Part shown: positions 9,560 to 18,535 of the stretch, piece after piece
How the letters are laid out: the number at the start of each line of letters is the position of its first letter
How positions within the stretch are numbered: the first letter of the stretch is position 1
Assembly: GCA_963696705.1 (NCBI GenBank)
Contig: CAVOLD010000012.1
Span: 128,079 to 192,078, forward strand
Length of the DNA stretch: 64,000 bases
Direction of reading: 5' to 3'
DNA from: an uncultured Acidobacteriota bacterium
GTDB lineage: Bacteria > Acidobacteriota > Terriglobia > Terriglobales > Acidobacteriaceae
The notes under the pieces: model-generated
Databases searched by the model: none
What the model saw: only the letters and a program-made list of their open reading frames with translations
What the model was told of the DNA's origin: nothing
Translations under genes and position numbers: made by a program

Positions 9560-10132
9560 ATGTTTGAGAGCATTCTTTGCCAGGTGACCGAGTACGATCC
9601 CGAGGTGCTCGATTCTCTTATCGAGCTAGCGGTCGAGATCGCCCGCGAAGGGCGAGAGGGAAGACGCATCGGGACTCTGTTCACGCTTGGAGACGAGCAG
9701 GCCGTTCTAACAAAGTCCAGATCGTTGATTCTCGATCCGCTCATGGGGCATCCGGAGTTGTCGCGCCACGTCACGGATCTTAATCTGCGCGGGACGGTTA
9801 AGGAATTGGCGCAACTGGATGGAGGCTTCGTGGTCAGTCGCAGTGGGATTGTTCTTTCCGCCTGCCGTTACCTCGACGCCGCCGTATCGAGCGCAGAAGT
9901 GCCATTGGGCCTCGGCAGCCGCCACATCGCGGCTGCGAATATGAGTGCTGTGACCAACGCGGTGACGATCGTGGTTTCCGAGAGCTCGGTTGTTCGACTT
10001 TTCTGCCACGGCAAACTGGTCGGTGAAATCCTGCCAGAACTTTGGATGATCGATCACGCCACTTATCTTCGCGGGTCGCTGCAGAGAGAAAAAGTTGGCG
10101 ATGTCACGGTACTCACACCCAACCTGCGCTGA
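9560..10132 (+). CDS. DisA_N / diadenylate-cyclase-like domain protein with non-canonical catalytic motifs
   Basis: LDGGFVVSRSGIVLSACRYLDA...LGLGSRHIAAANMSAVTNAVTIVVSESS.VRLF aligns to the DAC core (DGA...GTRHRAA...IVVSEE). It carries DGG and RHI in place of DGA and RHR. Confidence 0.65.
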   Translation: MFESILCQVTEYDPEVLDSLIELAVEIAREGREGRRIGTLFTLGDEQAVLTKSRSLILDPLMGHPELSRHVTDLNLRGTVKELAQLDGGFVVSRSGIVLSACRYLDAAVSSAEVPLGLGSRHIAAANMSAVTNAVTIVVSESSVVRLFCHGKLVGEILPELWMIDHATYLRGSLQREKVGDVTVLTPNLR

Positions 10133-10282
10133 CGAGCCATCCTCGCAAGATTTATAAGCAACGCCATTGAAGTCCGATTGTTTCCCACAAGTGTGAACTT
10201 TGTTCACGCCGCACGCATCAGGCGGAGCAACTGCGAAGGCATCCCTCTCATCGTAACGGCTGGTTTACGCTTGGGAGAATTT

Positions 10283-10933
10283 ATGACACGTGTACTTGCC
10301 ACACTAAGCTTGATTTTACTTGCCGCGGGTGCATTCGCCAGTGATGCAACGAAGGAACTGGATGGGGCCGCAGTTGTGATCCGCAATATGACAGCATCGC
10401 ACCAGATTCCGTCCTCCATACTCGCGAACACCGAGTGCATCACGATCATACCGTCGATCGCCAAAGCAGCGATTGTCGTGGGCGGCAAGCATGGAGACGG
10501 CGTAGCGAGTTGCCGAACGGCGACGGGTTGGAGTGCGCCCGCGTTCGTGACCATCACGGGCGGAAGCATCGGGTTGCAAGCTGGCTTGGAACACCAGGAT
10601 CTGGTTTTACTAATGAACAAGCAGGGAGAACAGCAACTCAGTCAAGGACAATGGAATCTTGGGGCGCAGGCCGTGACGGCTGGACCGATGACGCCGGGCA
10701 CGGGTGGGCCGGACAGCAACGGATGGAAAACACCAGTCCTTGTCTACACGTCCTCAAGTGGCGCCTATGCCGGTGCGAGTCTCGAGGGTTCAAAGATCAC
10801 CATCGACGACGCGACAGCCCGCGCCCTTTACGGACCCAACGCTAGTCTGCAGTCCATCTTGAACGGTCAAGTGCAGGCGCCCGGGTCGGCTCAGGCGTTT
10901 CTCGCGGCGTTGCATCAGGCAGCGGCCAGGTAG
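10283..10933 (+). CDS. secreted SYLF/Ysc84-like (DUF500) lipid-binding domain protein
   Basis: Start trimmed to ATG 10283 (MTRVLATLSLILLAAGAFA signal peptide). ...ECITIIPS..KAAIVVGGKHGDGV...W.SAPAF..ITGGSIGLQAG fits the SYLF pattern. Confidence 0.75.
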   Translation: MTRVLATLSLILLAAGAFASDATKELDGAAVVIRNMTASHQIPSSILANTECITIIPSIAKAAIVVGGKHGDGVASCRTATGWSAPAFVTITGGSIGLQAGLEHQDLVLLMNKQGEQQLSQGQWNLGAQAVTAGPMTPGTGGPDSNGWKTPVLVYTSSSGAYAGASLEGSKITIDDATARALYGPNASLQSILNGQVQAPGSAQAFLAALHQAAAR

Positions 10934-10963
10934 TCGGCGCGGACCTCTCGGCGTCGGCTCAAT

Positions 10964-11224
10964 CTAGGCCGCTGTTGCGAATCCGCCGTGTACCTCGAGG
11001 CAAGTCTTCAATGCGCGAAGAGCGTAGAGCGCATCGTCAAGCGCTTCTTCCTCCTGAATATTGTCTCCCGAAGCCTTGAACAGCACTCTCGCTCTCTCTA
11101 AGATTGCGCCCTCTGCGTCCGCGATACGCGCGGACATTTTGTGGTTCTCCGGCTCCATCAGCGCCGCAACGTATGACTCTCGCCAGCTCCAGGCTCGCGA
11201 GGGTAGATTTCCAGAAGTGGCCAT
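10964..11224 (-). CDS. small helical protein, family copy 1 (W-R-x-x-Y-x-AAL-x-E ... DAL-x-x-LR)
   Basis: 86 aa. ...WSWRESYVAALMEPENHKMSARIADAEGAILERA...EEEALDDALYALRALK aligns position-for-position with 51312..51572 and 56624..56887. Confidence 0.7.
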   Translation of the reverse strand: MATSGNLPSRAWSWRESYVAALMEPENHKMSARIADAEGAILERARVLFKASGDNIQEEEALDDALYALRALKTCLEVHGGFATAA

Positions 11225-11321
11225 TTACGTCCTCCACAATGCGCACGGGAAATACATTAAAGACCTTAACCGTTTACTAGAGGACTCGCGATCCGCGCAA
11301 TACAGTCAATCCTGTAGAGTG

Positions 11322-11351
11322 CGAGAAAAAGCCCAGTCGTTAGGCTGGGCT
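11322..11351 (-). terminator. intrinsic terminator downstream of 11382..11771
   Basis: On the reverse strand, AGCCCAG-(8 nt loop)-CTGGGCT is followed by TTTTTCTC. A second 9-bp hairpin, AGTCCGAAC/GTTCGGACT (about 11361..11385), overlaps the stop codon. Confidence 0.65.
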
Positions 11352-11381
11352 TGTGCAAAGTCCGAACTTACAGGGTTCGGA

Positions 11382-11771
11382 CTAATGAGATGCGGCGCCG
11401 TTCTTACAAGTCTTGGAGATGTGCTTGACGGAACTGACGTCGATTGATTGCGGAGATGAGTTGCTTTGTCCCATAGCTCCGCTACTGGATTCGCCACTCG
11501 ACGATGTGGAAGCCGACGTCGTTTTGCCTGTGATTTTCACCGTGTGACCGACGTGCTCGCTCAGCATCGAAGTGTCTCCAGTCAGTGCAATGTTATTTCC
11601 GTGGCTGTCGGTGAGCGTGTAACCGCCATTGTTACTGCTCAAGCAGCCTTCAACCGTGGTGGTGCTGCCACTGCTGGTGGCATGAGTCGTTCCGCCTTGA
11701 CTGGGATAGTTTTGTGCGGCGGCCCAGCACGTGCCCAGTAGCAGCACCGAAAGTAGCAGCAGATATCGCAT
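11382..11771 (-). CDS. small secreted Ser/Thr-rich protein (DUF5818-like)
   Basis: Start trimmed to ATG 11771 (GGAGG upstream). MRYLLLLSVLLLGTCWAAAQ is a signal peptide. VEGCLSSNNGGYTLTDSHGNNIALTGDTSMLSEHVGHTVKITGK shows the same layout as 60755..61204. Confidence 0.7.
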   Translation of the reverse strand: MRYLLLLSVLLLGTCWAAAQNYPSQGGTTHATSSGSTTTVEGCLSSNNGGYTLTDSHGNNIALTGDTSMLSEHVGHTVKITGKTTSASTSSSGESSSGAMGQSNSSPQSIDVSSVKHISKTCKNGAASH

Positions 11772-12055
11772 ACGGAACCTCCAAAGTTGACATGTTTTGC
11801 TGGTTTGAGTTTGAGTCTTCTGGTGACAGAAACGCAATACAGCCTTTACCGGAGGTTCGGACTCGCTCAGCAACTACAAGTTAAACGGCACAAGCATACC
11901 CTGGGCGATCAATGAGCTTCGGCTCTAACCTTGTGTTTTAGATTTTGTTTCTGTTCGATCTTCTTCGATAGCAGGGACTTCGCTTTTTCAAGTTCGCTCC
12001 GACGCGCAGGGCTAAGCACGCGACCAGCCGGGTTTAATGGCCGGAATTGTCGTTC

Positions 12056-12205
12056 TTAGTGATGTTTGAAATATTGCACCGCCCGTTCGTGAGTTTCGGC
12101 CGCTTTTTTCGTACCGAACGTGCCCAGGTTGCGGCGGCGACCGGTCTTGGGATCCTTTTTGCGAGAGTACAACCGGTACTGACCGGATTTTAGTTTTCGA
12201 ATCAT
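12056..12205 (-). CDS. 49-aa highly basic small protein
   Basis: Below the ORF-track size cutoff. My translation is MIRKLKSGQYRLYSRKKDPKTGRRRNLGTFGTKKAAETHERAVQYFKHH*. GAGG lies ~7 nt upstream of the ATG. Confidence 0.5.
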   Translation of the reverse strand: MIRKLKSGQYRLYSRKKDPKTGRRRNLGTFGTKKAAETHERAVQYFKHH

Positions 12206-12361
12206 CGGATGCCTCGACAAGCTTGGATGCCAGGTGAGAGTAAGGCGTTGACCATCCCAAAGTCCGATATCGGTTGCTGCGCGGATTGTGGTTTGAGTGA
12301 AGTCGTGTTATGAAAGAACGGGAAAGCCTGAGGAAGCCAGCAGAAGAAAGGATGGCAAACC

Positions 12362-13150
12362 ATGGAAGCTGTGAGCGGAGTATTTCGTTCAAGATCGGAT
12401 GCAGAGCATGCAATGGCCGAGATGCGTTCAGTCGGCTTGGGAGACCACCAGATCGCGTTGTTGACTCCGGAAAGGTTCGATGCAGAGCTCCAATCGATTC
12501 CCACTGATGCCACGGAGCAACCGGGCATTGCGAAAGCGATCGGCGCAGTTGTCGGAGCTACTGCGGGTCTATCCGGGGCCTCTCTACTAATAGCGGCAGT
12601 CGTACCTGGCGTCGGAGTCATTACGGCGATGGGGTTGTTAGGCGAGCTAATTCTGGGCGCAGCCGGAGCGAGCATCGGCGCAGCAGCTGGCGCAAAGCTA
12701 GAAGGTTCCATGACTGAGGGACTGCCGGAGGACGAATTGTTTGTTTACGAAGATGCTCTCCGCAAAGGTCGCAGCGTGGTGATTGCCCTCGCCGACGAAG
12801 CCAAAGCTTCTCTCTTCCGCGAATTGCTGAAGGCTGAAGGCGCAGAAGAGGTAGACGCTGCCCGCGAACAATGGTGGATCGGCCTGCGTGATGCCGAACA
12901 CGAGCATTACTCAACTCTTGGCAAGAACTTTAAGGAAGATGAAAAGTTTTATCGAGTGGGTTTCGAGTCTGCGTTGCACGCTCGTACCCGGTGCAAGGAA
13001 TATGACCAAGTAATGGGTGAGATGACGGCGCAAATCGAAGACCTCGAACGGCAACATCCTGGAGTAGACGTAGCGGAACCGTTCACGCGGGGATACGAAC
13101 GCGGCCGTGACTATTATCAGCAACTGTGCAGTGAATCGAAAGCGGCGTAA
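12362..13150 (+). CDS. general-stress-type protein (YflT/GSP17M-like N-domain + glycine-zipper membrane segment)
   Basis: VFRSRSDAEHAMAEMRSVGLGDHQIALL, then the G/A-rich zipper AIGAVVGATAGLSGASLL...GAAGASIGAAAGA, then EDELFVYEDALRKGRSVVIAL. Same architecture as 62443..63006. Confidence 0.65.
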   Translation: MEAVSGVFRSRSDAEHAMAEMRSVGLGDHQIALLTPERFDAELQSIPTDATEQPGIAKAIGAVVGATAGLSGASLLIAAVVPGVGVITAMGLLGELILGAAGASIGAAAGAKLEGSMTEGLPEDELFVYEDALRKGRSVVIALADEAKASLFRELLKAEGAEEVDAAREQWWIGLRDAEHEHYSTLGKNFKEDEKFYRVGFESALHARTRCKEYDQVMGEMTAQIEDLERQHPGVDVAEPFTRGYERGRDYYQQLCSESKAA

Positions 13151-13191
13151 AAGCTCGCGAGAGCATTGCCCATCCATTGATGCCTGTGAGA

Positions 13192-13213
13192 GCTGGCTCC
13201 GCTCGGAGCCAGC
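13192..13213 (+). terminator. possible terminator hairpin after 12362..13150
   Basis: GCTGGCTCC-gctc-GGAGCCAGC is a 9-bp perfect stem 42 nt after the stop. The downstream T-tract is weak. Confidence 0.35.
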
Positions 13214-13358
13214 ATCGGGCGGGTTTCCGTTCGTGTAAGAGCGGGAAATTGATCTCACACGAACCTATTCTCAGCTACAGGAAACGTCCTGAGTTATTAC
13301 AGAAAGCATTCGATTCCTTCCTTTCGACGCACAATTTAGTTTGGCATGGGAGGTGCTT

Positions 13359-13838
13359 ATGCCTGAAAAGGAAACGGTCGAGCGTGCTCAGGAAGACGCT
13401 CACGAAGGAAAATCGCCAAGCACGCAAGCCGGAGAATTTGTGCGCGAGGAAATGGACCACATTCGCGAAGGTAAACATGGTGCACGTTCCACAAAACAGG
13501 CTATCGCGATAGGTTTATCGAAAGCGCGGCGAGCAGGCGTGAAGCTACGGGCGCCGCGCAAAGGGAAGGCCTCGGCGAAAACCAGGAAGCGGGCGAGCCG
13601 CGACTATCGAAAAGGCCAGAGCCATTCGAAAAGCAAGCCATCCGCGAGGCGTTCCCGCGCAACCAGTGCGGCTCTGAAGAGGGAAGGTCACAGCGCGGCT
13701 TCGCGGCGATCGTTATCAAAACAGGCGCATGCCAGTGCAAAACGTCGTGGTCCAGCTGCGCGCCGCCGTTCAGCGATGAAGGCGGTTCGCACAAACGGGA
13801 AGAGCGGCGCGGATCGAGCGGCGCGTAAAGCTGCTTAG
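13359..13838 (+). CDS. Lys/Arg-rich small protein (DUF6496-like)
   Basis: ATG 13359 preceded by GGGAGG. MPEKETVERAQEDAHEGKSPSTQAGEFVREEMDHIREGKHGARSTKQAIAIGLSKARRAGVKL, then a basic tail. Confidence 0.65.
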   Translation: MPEKETVERAQEDAHEGKSPSTQAGEFVREEMDHIREGKHGARSTKQAIAIGLSKARRAGVKLRAPRKGKASAKTRKRASRDYRKGQSHSKSKPSARRSRATSAALKREGHSAASRRSLSKQAHASAKRRGPAARRRSAMKAVRTNGKSGADRAARKAA

Positions 13839-16738
13839 TCAGAAGATTCTAGGAGACATAATGCTACTGGAGATTTTGCCAGGATCCCTGCGATCGCAAT
13901 CTTTGTCTGGCCATCGGCGCTCTCAGGCTCGATGGTTTCTCCGGTAAAAGCGTTTCGATACTTTTCTGCACAGCTGCAGGAAGGCAGCAGAAGATGTGTG
14001 TCCTCCCAGATTTGGGGCCCGATGGGCGGACGATCGAAATCACGCAATAGGCTGGCGATCAGGCGGGGAACAACGACGAGGACGCTTCCGGTTTCGGCCT
14101 TCCTGGTGAACGCGACGACGTGATCAGCTCTCGTGCCTCCAACTTCCAATGGCAGATATTCGCCTTCGTCGAAAAGACTGGGTCGCTGCCGGCGCAAGCA
14201 AAGAGTTTTCCAGATCACGTATAACTTGATTCGACCGTCTTCGGGCGTTTCCAGTAATCGATCCACGATCGATGCATCGTTCGACGATTCGGAAATATTC
14301 TGGAGTATCTCTTGTCGGCTGGCGTAATCGACCGGACGCCGGTTGTCTGGGTCGACCAGGCTGAAATCCCACAGTTCGCTACCTTGGTAGATGTCGGGCA
14401 CGCCCGGGCACGTAAGTTTGAGAAGTGTTTGCGCGAGACTGTTCCAAAGGCCAATGCGAGCGATTCGGTGTTGGAGGGGCAGAAAGTCGTTGAGAAAACG
14501 GTTTTGAGCTCCCGGCATTAATAATGTCCGGACGAATGATGTAACGGCGGTTTCATATTCCGTGTTTCGATTGATCCAACTGGTATTCTGCTTGGCCTCG
14601 CGGATCGCCTTTAGCATGTAGTTTTCTATGCGCTCACGGAAAGTTTGCGAGGTCGTTTCGTCGAGAGACTGTGATGGCCAGGCACCCAGCAAGGTTTGAT
14701 AGAGCAAGTATTCATCACTCGGCGAGGGAGCGGGGTGGCCGTTGACCCGGCGCTTATGGTTGCGATTGAAACGCTTCCACTCCCGAACCCGAATCCTCCA
14801 TAATCCCGATAACTCCGAGAGCACATTGATTCGCGCACGCACGTCCTCGGCGCGCTTCGAATCATGCGTGCTGGTAGTCAGCATGGTATGAGGCCAACAG
14901 CGAATGCGATCCTGGTTTGCGAGGTGAAACTCAGGCGCTGTAGTTGCAAAGCGGTGCAGATCGCTGCCGACTTCATTTAAAGACACGAGGCGGTGATATC
15001 GGTAGAAAGCGGTGTCTTCGAGGCCTTTGGCCATTACCGGACCGCTGAACTGCTGAAATTTCATCGCGAAGGTTGTGACTGCGTTCCGGTAAGCGGGATC
15101 GTGTCCTTCGGCAATGCTGGTCAAAAGCACCTCGCTAACGAAATCGAAGATGCTGGTATCAGCGGCCGGACTTCTCCATTTGGCGGCCGCGACTGCGCTG
15201 CGAATGTAGCGCACATCTTTATCCGAAACTTCACTGGCTGTGACGTAAGTGCGGTAGACCGGGAAGCAGGCGACCACTTCCGCCAGAGCATCGCGCAGGC
15301 TGTTGAGTGTAAAGTCGCAGGTACGCCGTTTTGACAGGGCGATGCGAGTGAGTTGATTGGCAAGTACATTTAATTCGCTGGCCAGCGCGACCTGCATGAT
15401 CAGCATCCGACAACTGTAAGCAAGGTCATCAACATCGATTTCGTCATCGACAAAGTTCCGATAAGTGCGCTCCATGGGCAGGGCGGCTGCGGGATCAACG
15501 AACACTCCGTTGACCAGATTTGCGAAATCGTATCCTGTGGTGCCGCAGACCGGCCACTCATCCGGCAAACGTTCCGCGCCAGAAAGGATTTTCTCAATGA
15601 CCACATAGTGCGCTTCGTTCCCGGAAGTTTGCGTCGCCTCCGCGATGCTGCGATTGAGGCGGTCGAAGTATTGACGCGGATCGTACAGGCCGTCAGGGTG
15701 GTCGATGCGCAAACCATTCACTTTGCCCTCGGCCATCAGATGAAGAACCAGGCGATGGGTCGCTTCGAAGACCACCTCGTTCTCCATGCAAATGCCCGCA
15801 AGATCGTTAGAGTCGAAAAAGCGCCGGTAGTTGATATCGTCGGAGGCGACCCTCCAGTTCGCCAGCCGGAAGGCCTGCGCCTTGATAAGTTCGTGTAGCT
15901 CCTCGAAGCTTGTGGGATCAGCAGGCGTCCCGTTTAGCAGGCTTACCGCGGCTTGGATGCAGTCGTCGATCTCACTAGAACGCGCGCACAATTCTGCCAG
16001 GCGCCGCTTGTTAATTTCCTTATCGCGATTGCGTTCAGCAATGCGCTCGGCAGTGGTCTCGTACCTCGCAGGTAAATGACTGAAAGCCGTGATCAGGCTC
16101 TGAAACTCCAGAAGGTCTGGATTTTGCTCGCCGAGCTTCGCCGCGAGTTTGTCCGGGCAGTGCTGCAGGATGCGTGGATACTCCCGGGGATCCACGGGAA
16201 AACGATGATCGTGGTACGAGATATCGAACTCGCCTCGCTCGGAGCGAAAGACGAGTTTCAGCTCGCCCGCTTCCAGCACGACTCCGTAATGATCATGAAG
16301 AACCGGAACAAGCACTTTTCCGTAGAGTTCGTCTTTTGTGGGATGCCAGTCAATATCGAAAAAGCTGGCGCGGACGGAGGATTCACCGTTTTCCAGAACG
16401 TCCAGCCACCATGCATTGTCGCTGCCCATGACTCCCATGTGGTTAGGGACGATGTCGAGGATCAATCCCATGCCATGCTCGTGCAGGGTGCTGACGAAAC
16501 GGTCAAAGTCTTCCGGGCTACCGATTTCAGGGTTCAGCGAATTGTGATCGACGATGTCGTATCCGTGCATACTGCCAGGACGTGCCTTTAAGCATGGGGA
16601 AACATAGCAATGACTGATGCCGAGCGCGGCAAGATAAGGAACGATACCGGTCGCCTGGACGAAGTTGAAACTGTGATTGAGTTGCAGGCGATAAGTCGCA
16701 CGCGGGATGGGCGAGCATTGCTTCATCTTAAAAACCAT
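13835..16738 (-). CDS. treY: malto-oligosyltrehalose synthase
   Basis: RATYRLQLNHSFNF...YLAALGISHCYVSP...ARPGSMHGYDIVDH is the TreY N-terminal signature. 967 aa. An alternative ATG at 16726 would give an ATGA overlap with the treZ stop. Confidence 0.9.
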   Translation of the reverse strand: MVFKMKQCSPIPRATYRLQLNHSFNFVQATGIVPYLAALGISHCYVSPCLKARPGSMHGYDIVDHNSLNPEIGSPEDFDRFVSTLHEHGMGLILDIVPNHMGVMGSDNAWWLDVLENGESSVRASFFDIDWHPTKDELYGKVLVPVLHDHYGVVLEAGELKLVFRSERGEFDISYHDHRFPVDPREYPRILQHCPDKLAAKLGEQNPDLLEFQSLITAFSHLPARYETTAERIAERNRDKEINKRRLAELCARSSEIDDCIQAAVSLLNGTPADPTSFEELHELIKAQAFRLANWRVASDDINYRRFFDSNDLAGICMENEVVFEATHRLVLHLMAEGKVNGLRIDHPDGLYDPRQYFDRLNRSIAEATQTSGNEAHYVVIEKILSGAERLPDEWPVCGTTGYDFANLVNGVFVDPAAALPMERTYRNFVDDEIDVDDLAYSCRMLIMQVALASELNVLANQLTRIALSKRRTCDFTLNSLRDALAEVVACFPVYRTYVTASEVSDKDVRYIRSAVAAAKWRSPAADTSIFDFVSEVLLTSIAEGHDPAYRNAVTTFAMKFQQFSGPVMAKGLEDTAFYRYHRLVSLNEVGSDLHRFATTAPEFHLANQDRIRCWPHTMLTTSTHDSKRAEDVRARINVLSELSGLWRIRVREWKRFNRNHKRRVNGHPAPSPSDEYLLYQTLLGAWPSQSLDETTSQTFRERIENYMLKAIREAKQNTSWINRNTEYETAVTSFVRTLLMPGAQNRFLNDFLPLQHRIARIGLWNSLAQTLLKLTCPGVPDIYQGSELWDFSLVDPDNRRPVDYASRQEILQNISESSNDASIVDRLLETPEDGRIKLYVIWKTLCLRRQRPSLFDEGEYLPLEVGGTRADHVVAFTRKAETGSVLVVVPRLIASLLRDFDRPPIGPQIWEDTHLLLPSCSCAEKYRNAFTGETIEPESADGQTKIAIAGILAKSPVALCLLESSD

Positions 16739-18534
16739 ACCACCGACAAAGGCGGCAGCATGCCTTGCGCGAGCGCGTCAGCGCTCAGTTCGTCGCTGGC
16801 AAAGATCACATTCGAATCTGCAGGAAGCGAGACGGACAGGGAATCGTTTCCAAGATTGGCCATCAGGATAAGTTCCTCCGCTGGCCTCGGAAAGTTCCAA
16901 TGTACTGTAATGCCTCGATCACCTTGGATTTCGTAGTTTGCGTCGACGATGCAACCGGTAAGAAGACGAGGCACGATGTGCTGGCAGCGCAGCGTTAATA
17001 GGCCGCGGTAGAAACCTAGCCACTCAGCGTGACCTGGTTGCTCAATGTCGCTCCAGTTGAGGCGCGAGGCTTCAAAGGTTGTGTCAGCGCTGGGATCGGG
17101 GATGCGTTCGCGTTGAGCGGGGTCATTAAAGCGGGCGAAACGAGCGAACTCGTTTCGCCGTCCCTCTGTTACAGCCGTCGCAAGGTTCTTCTCGAAATCG
17201 CAGAAAAACAGAAATGGTGTGTCAGCTCCGAACTCTTCACCCATGAAAAGCAACGGGGGCGAAGGCGCGAGCAGGAGAATCGCCATTGCCGCACGCACAG
17301 CGCGAGGATCCGCAAGATCAATGATCCGTTCCCCGAACGCGCGGTTTCCAATCTGGTCATGATTCTGAAGAAATGAGACAAACGCAGTAGGCGGCAAGCT
17401 CGCGCTGGCTTCGCCACGCCTTTCACCGTTGCGGTGAAGGGAAACCTCACCTTGATATGCGAACCCCTCAATCAGGCAGCGGCCTAACTGTTCGAGAGGA
17501 TGTTTCGAGTAATCGACATAATACCCGTCCCGCTCACCGGTGATGAGTACATGCAACGCGTGGTGGATATCGTCGTTCCACTGCGCGGTGTACCATTTCG
17601 GCTGGCAGTGTTCTCCATGTTCAAGGTAACGGGCTTGATTGCGGTCGTTTTCTAGGATGAGGTGGACGTGGCGACCGGACCCGACCGCGGTTCGAACTGC
17701 CCCTGCCAATTCTTCGAGAATATGCGGGGCAGAGTCGTCGATAATGGCGTGAACCGCGTCCAGCCGCAGACCATCGAAATGATATTCAGTCAGCCAGTAG
17801 AGCGCATTGTGGATGAAGAAATCACGGACCACTCGGCTTTCTGGACCATCGAAGTTGATGCCGTCTCCCCAAGGCGTGCGGTGCCGATCGGTAAAGAATT
17901 GTGGCGCGTAAGACCTGAGGTAATTTCCCTCGGGGCCAAAATGGTTGTAGACCACATCCAGCAGAACCATGATGCCGCGCTCATGGGCGCTCCGAACCAG
18001 CTCTTTCAAATCCTCCGGACGACCGTAAACGCTATCGGGAGCGAATAGAAAAACGCCGTCGTAGCCCCAATTGCGTCGGCCCGGGAAGTCGGCAACCGGC
18101 ATCAACTCCACGGCCGTAATTCCAAGATCAGCGAGATAGTCGAGGCGCTCGCGCACCGCGGTGAACGTTCCATCTGACGAAAAAGCTCCGACGTGCACCT
18201 CGTAGATGACCGCTTCTTCCCATCGGCGGCCACGCCAGGCGTGATCGCGCCAATCGAAGGCATCAGGTTGGACCACTTCGCTCGGCCCATGCACATCACG
18301 CGGCTGGAATCGGGAGGCCGGGTCGGGTACTTCTTGCTCTCCGTTGATGCGGAAATGATATTGAGTTCCGGGTCGCGCCACGTCCGTGACGAGATCGAAC
18401 CAGCCTTCGTCGCGGCGTTCGAGAGGAATCTGCGTGGAGTTGCCAGCGAGGTGAAGCTCAACCTGCCGCGCCGCGGGCGCCCACAATCGAAAGCGCACAC
18501 TCCCATCCTCACGGCACTCGGCGCCGAACGGCAT
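16723..18534 (-). CDS. treZ: malto-oligosyltrehalose trehalohydrolase
   Basis: Start trimmed to MPFGAECREDGSVRFRLWAP (ATG 18534, directly after the glgX stop). WGYDGV..FAP...YG.PEDLK.LV..AHERGIMVLLDVVYNHFGPEGNYL are GH13 TreZ motifs. Confidence 0.9.
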   Translation of the reverse strand: MPFGAECREDGSVRFRLWAPAARQVELHLAGNSTQIPLERRDEGWFDLVTDVARPGTQYHFRINGEQEVPDPASRFQPRDVHGPSEVVQPDAFDWRDHAWRGRRWEEAVIYEVHVGAFSSDGTFTAVRERLDYLADLGITAVELMPVADFPGRRNWGYDGVFLFAPDSVYGRPEDLKELVRSAHERGIMVLLDVVYNHFGPEGNYLRSYAPQFFTDRHRTPWGDGINFDGPESRVVRDFFIHNALYWLTEYHFDGLRLDAVHAIIDDSAPHILEELAGAVRTAVGSGRHVHLILENDRNQARYLEHGEHCQPKWYTAQWNDDIHHALHVLITGERDGYYVDYSKHPLEQLGRCLIEGFAYQGEVSLHRNGERRGEASASLPPTAFVSFLQNHDQIGNRAFGERIIDLADPRAVRAAMAILLLAPSPPLLFMGEEFGADTPFLFFCDFEKNLATAVTEGRRNEFARFARFNDPAQRERIPDPSADTTFEASRLNWSDIEQPGHAEWLGFYRGLLTLRCQHIVPRLLTGCIVDANYEIQGDRGITVHWNFPRPAEELILMANLGNDSLSVSLPADSNVIFASDELSADALAQGMLPPLSVVWFLR

Positions 18535-18535
18535 G

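Noticed and set aside
11890-12055. Possible ~35-aa ORF (GTG start, ...SPARRSELEKAKSLLSKKIEQKQNLKHKVRAEAH) downstream of the 49-aa gene
   Set aside because: It has no convincing RBS, a non-ATG start and very short length. I cannot support it from sequence alone.
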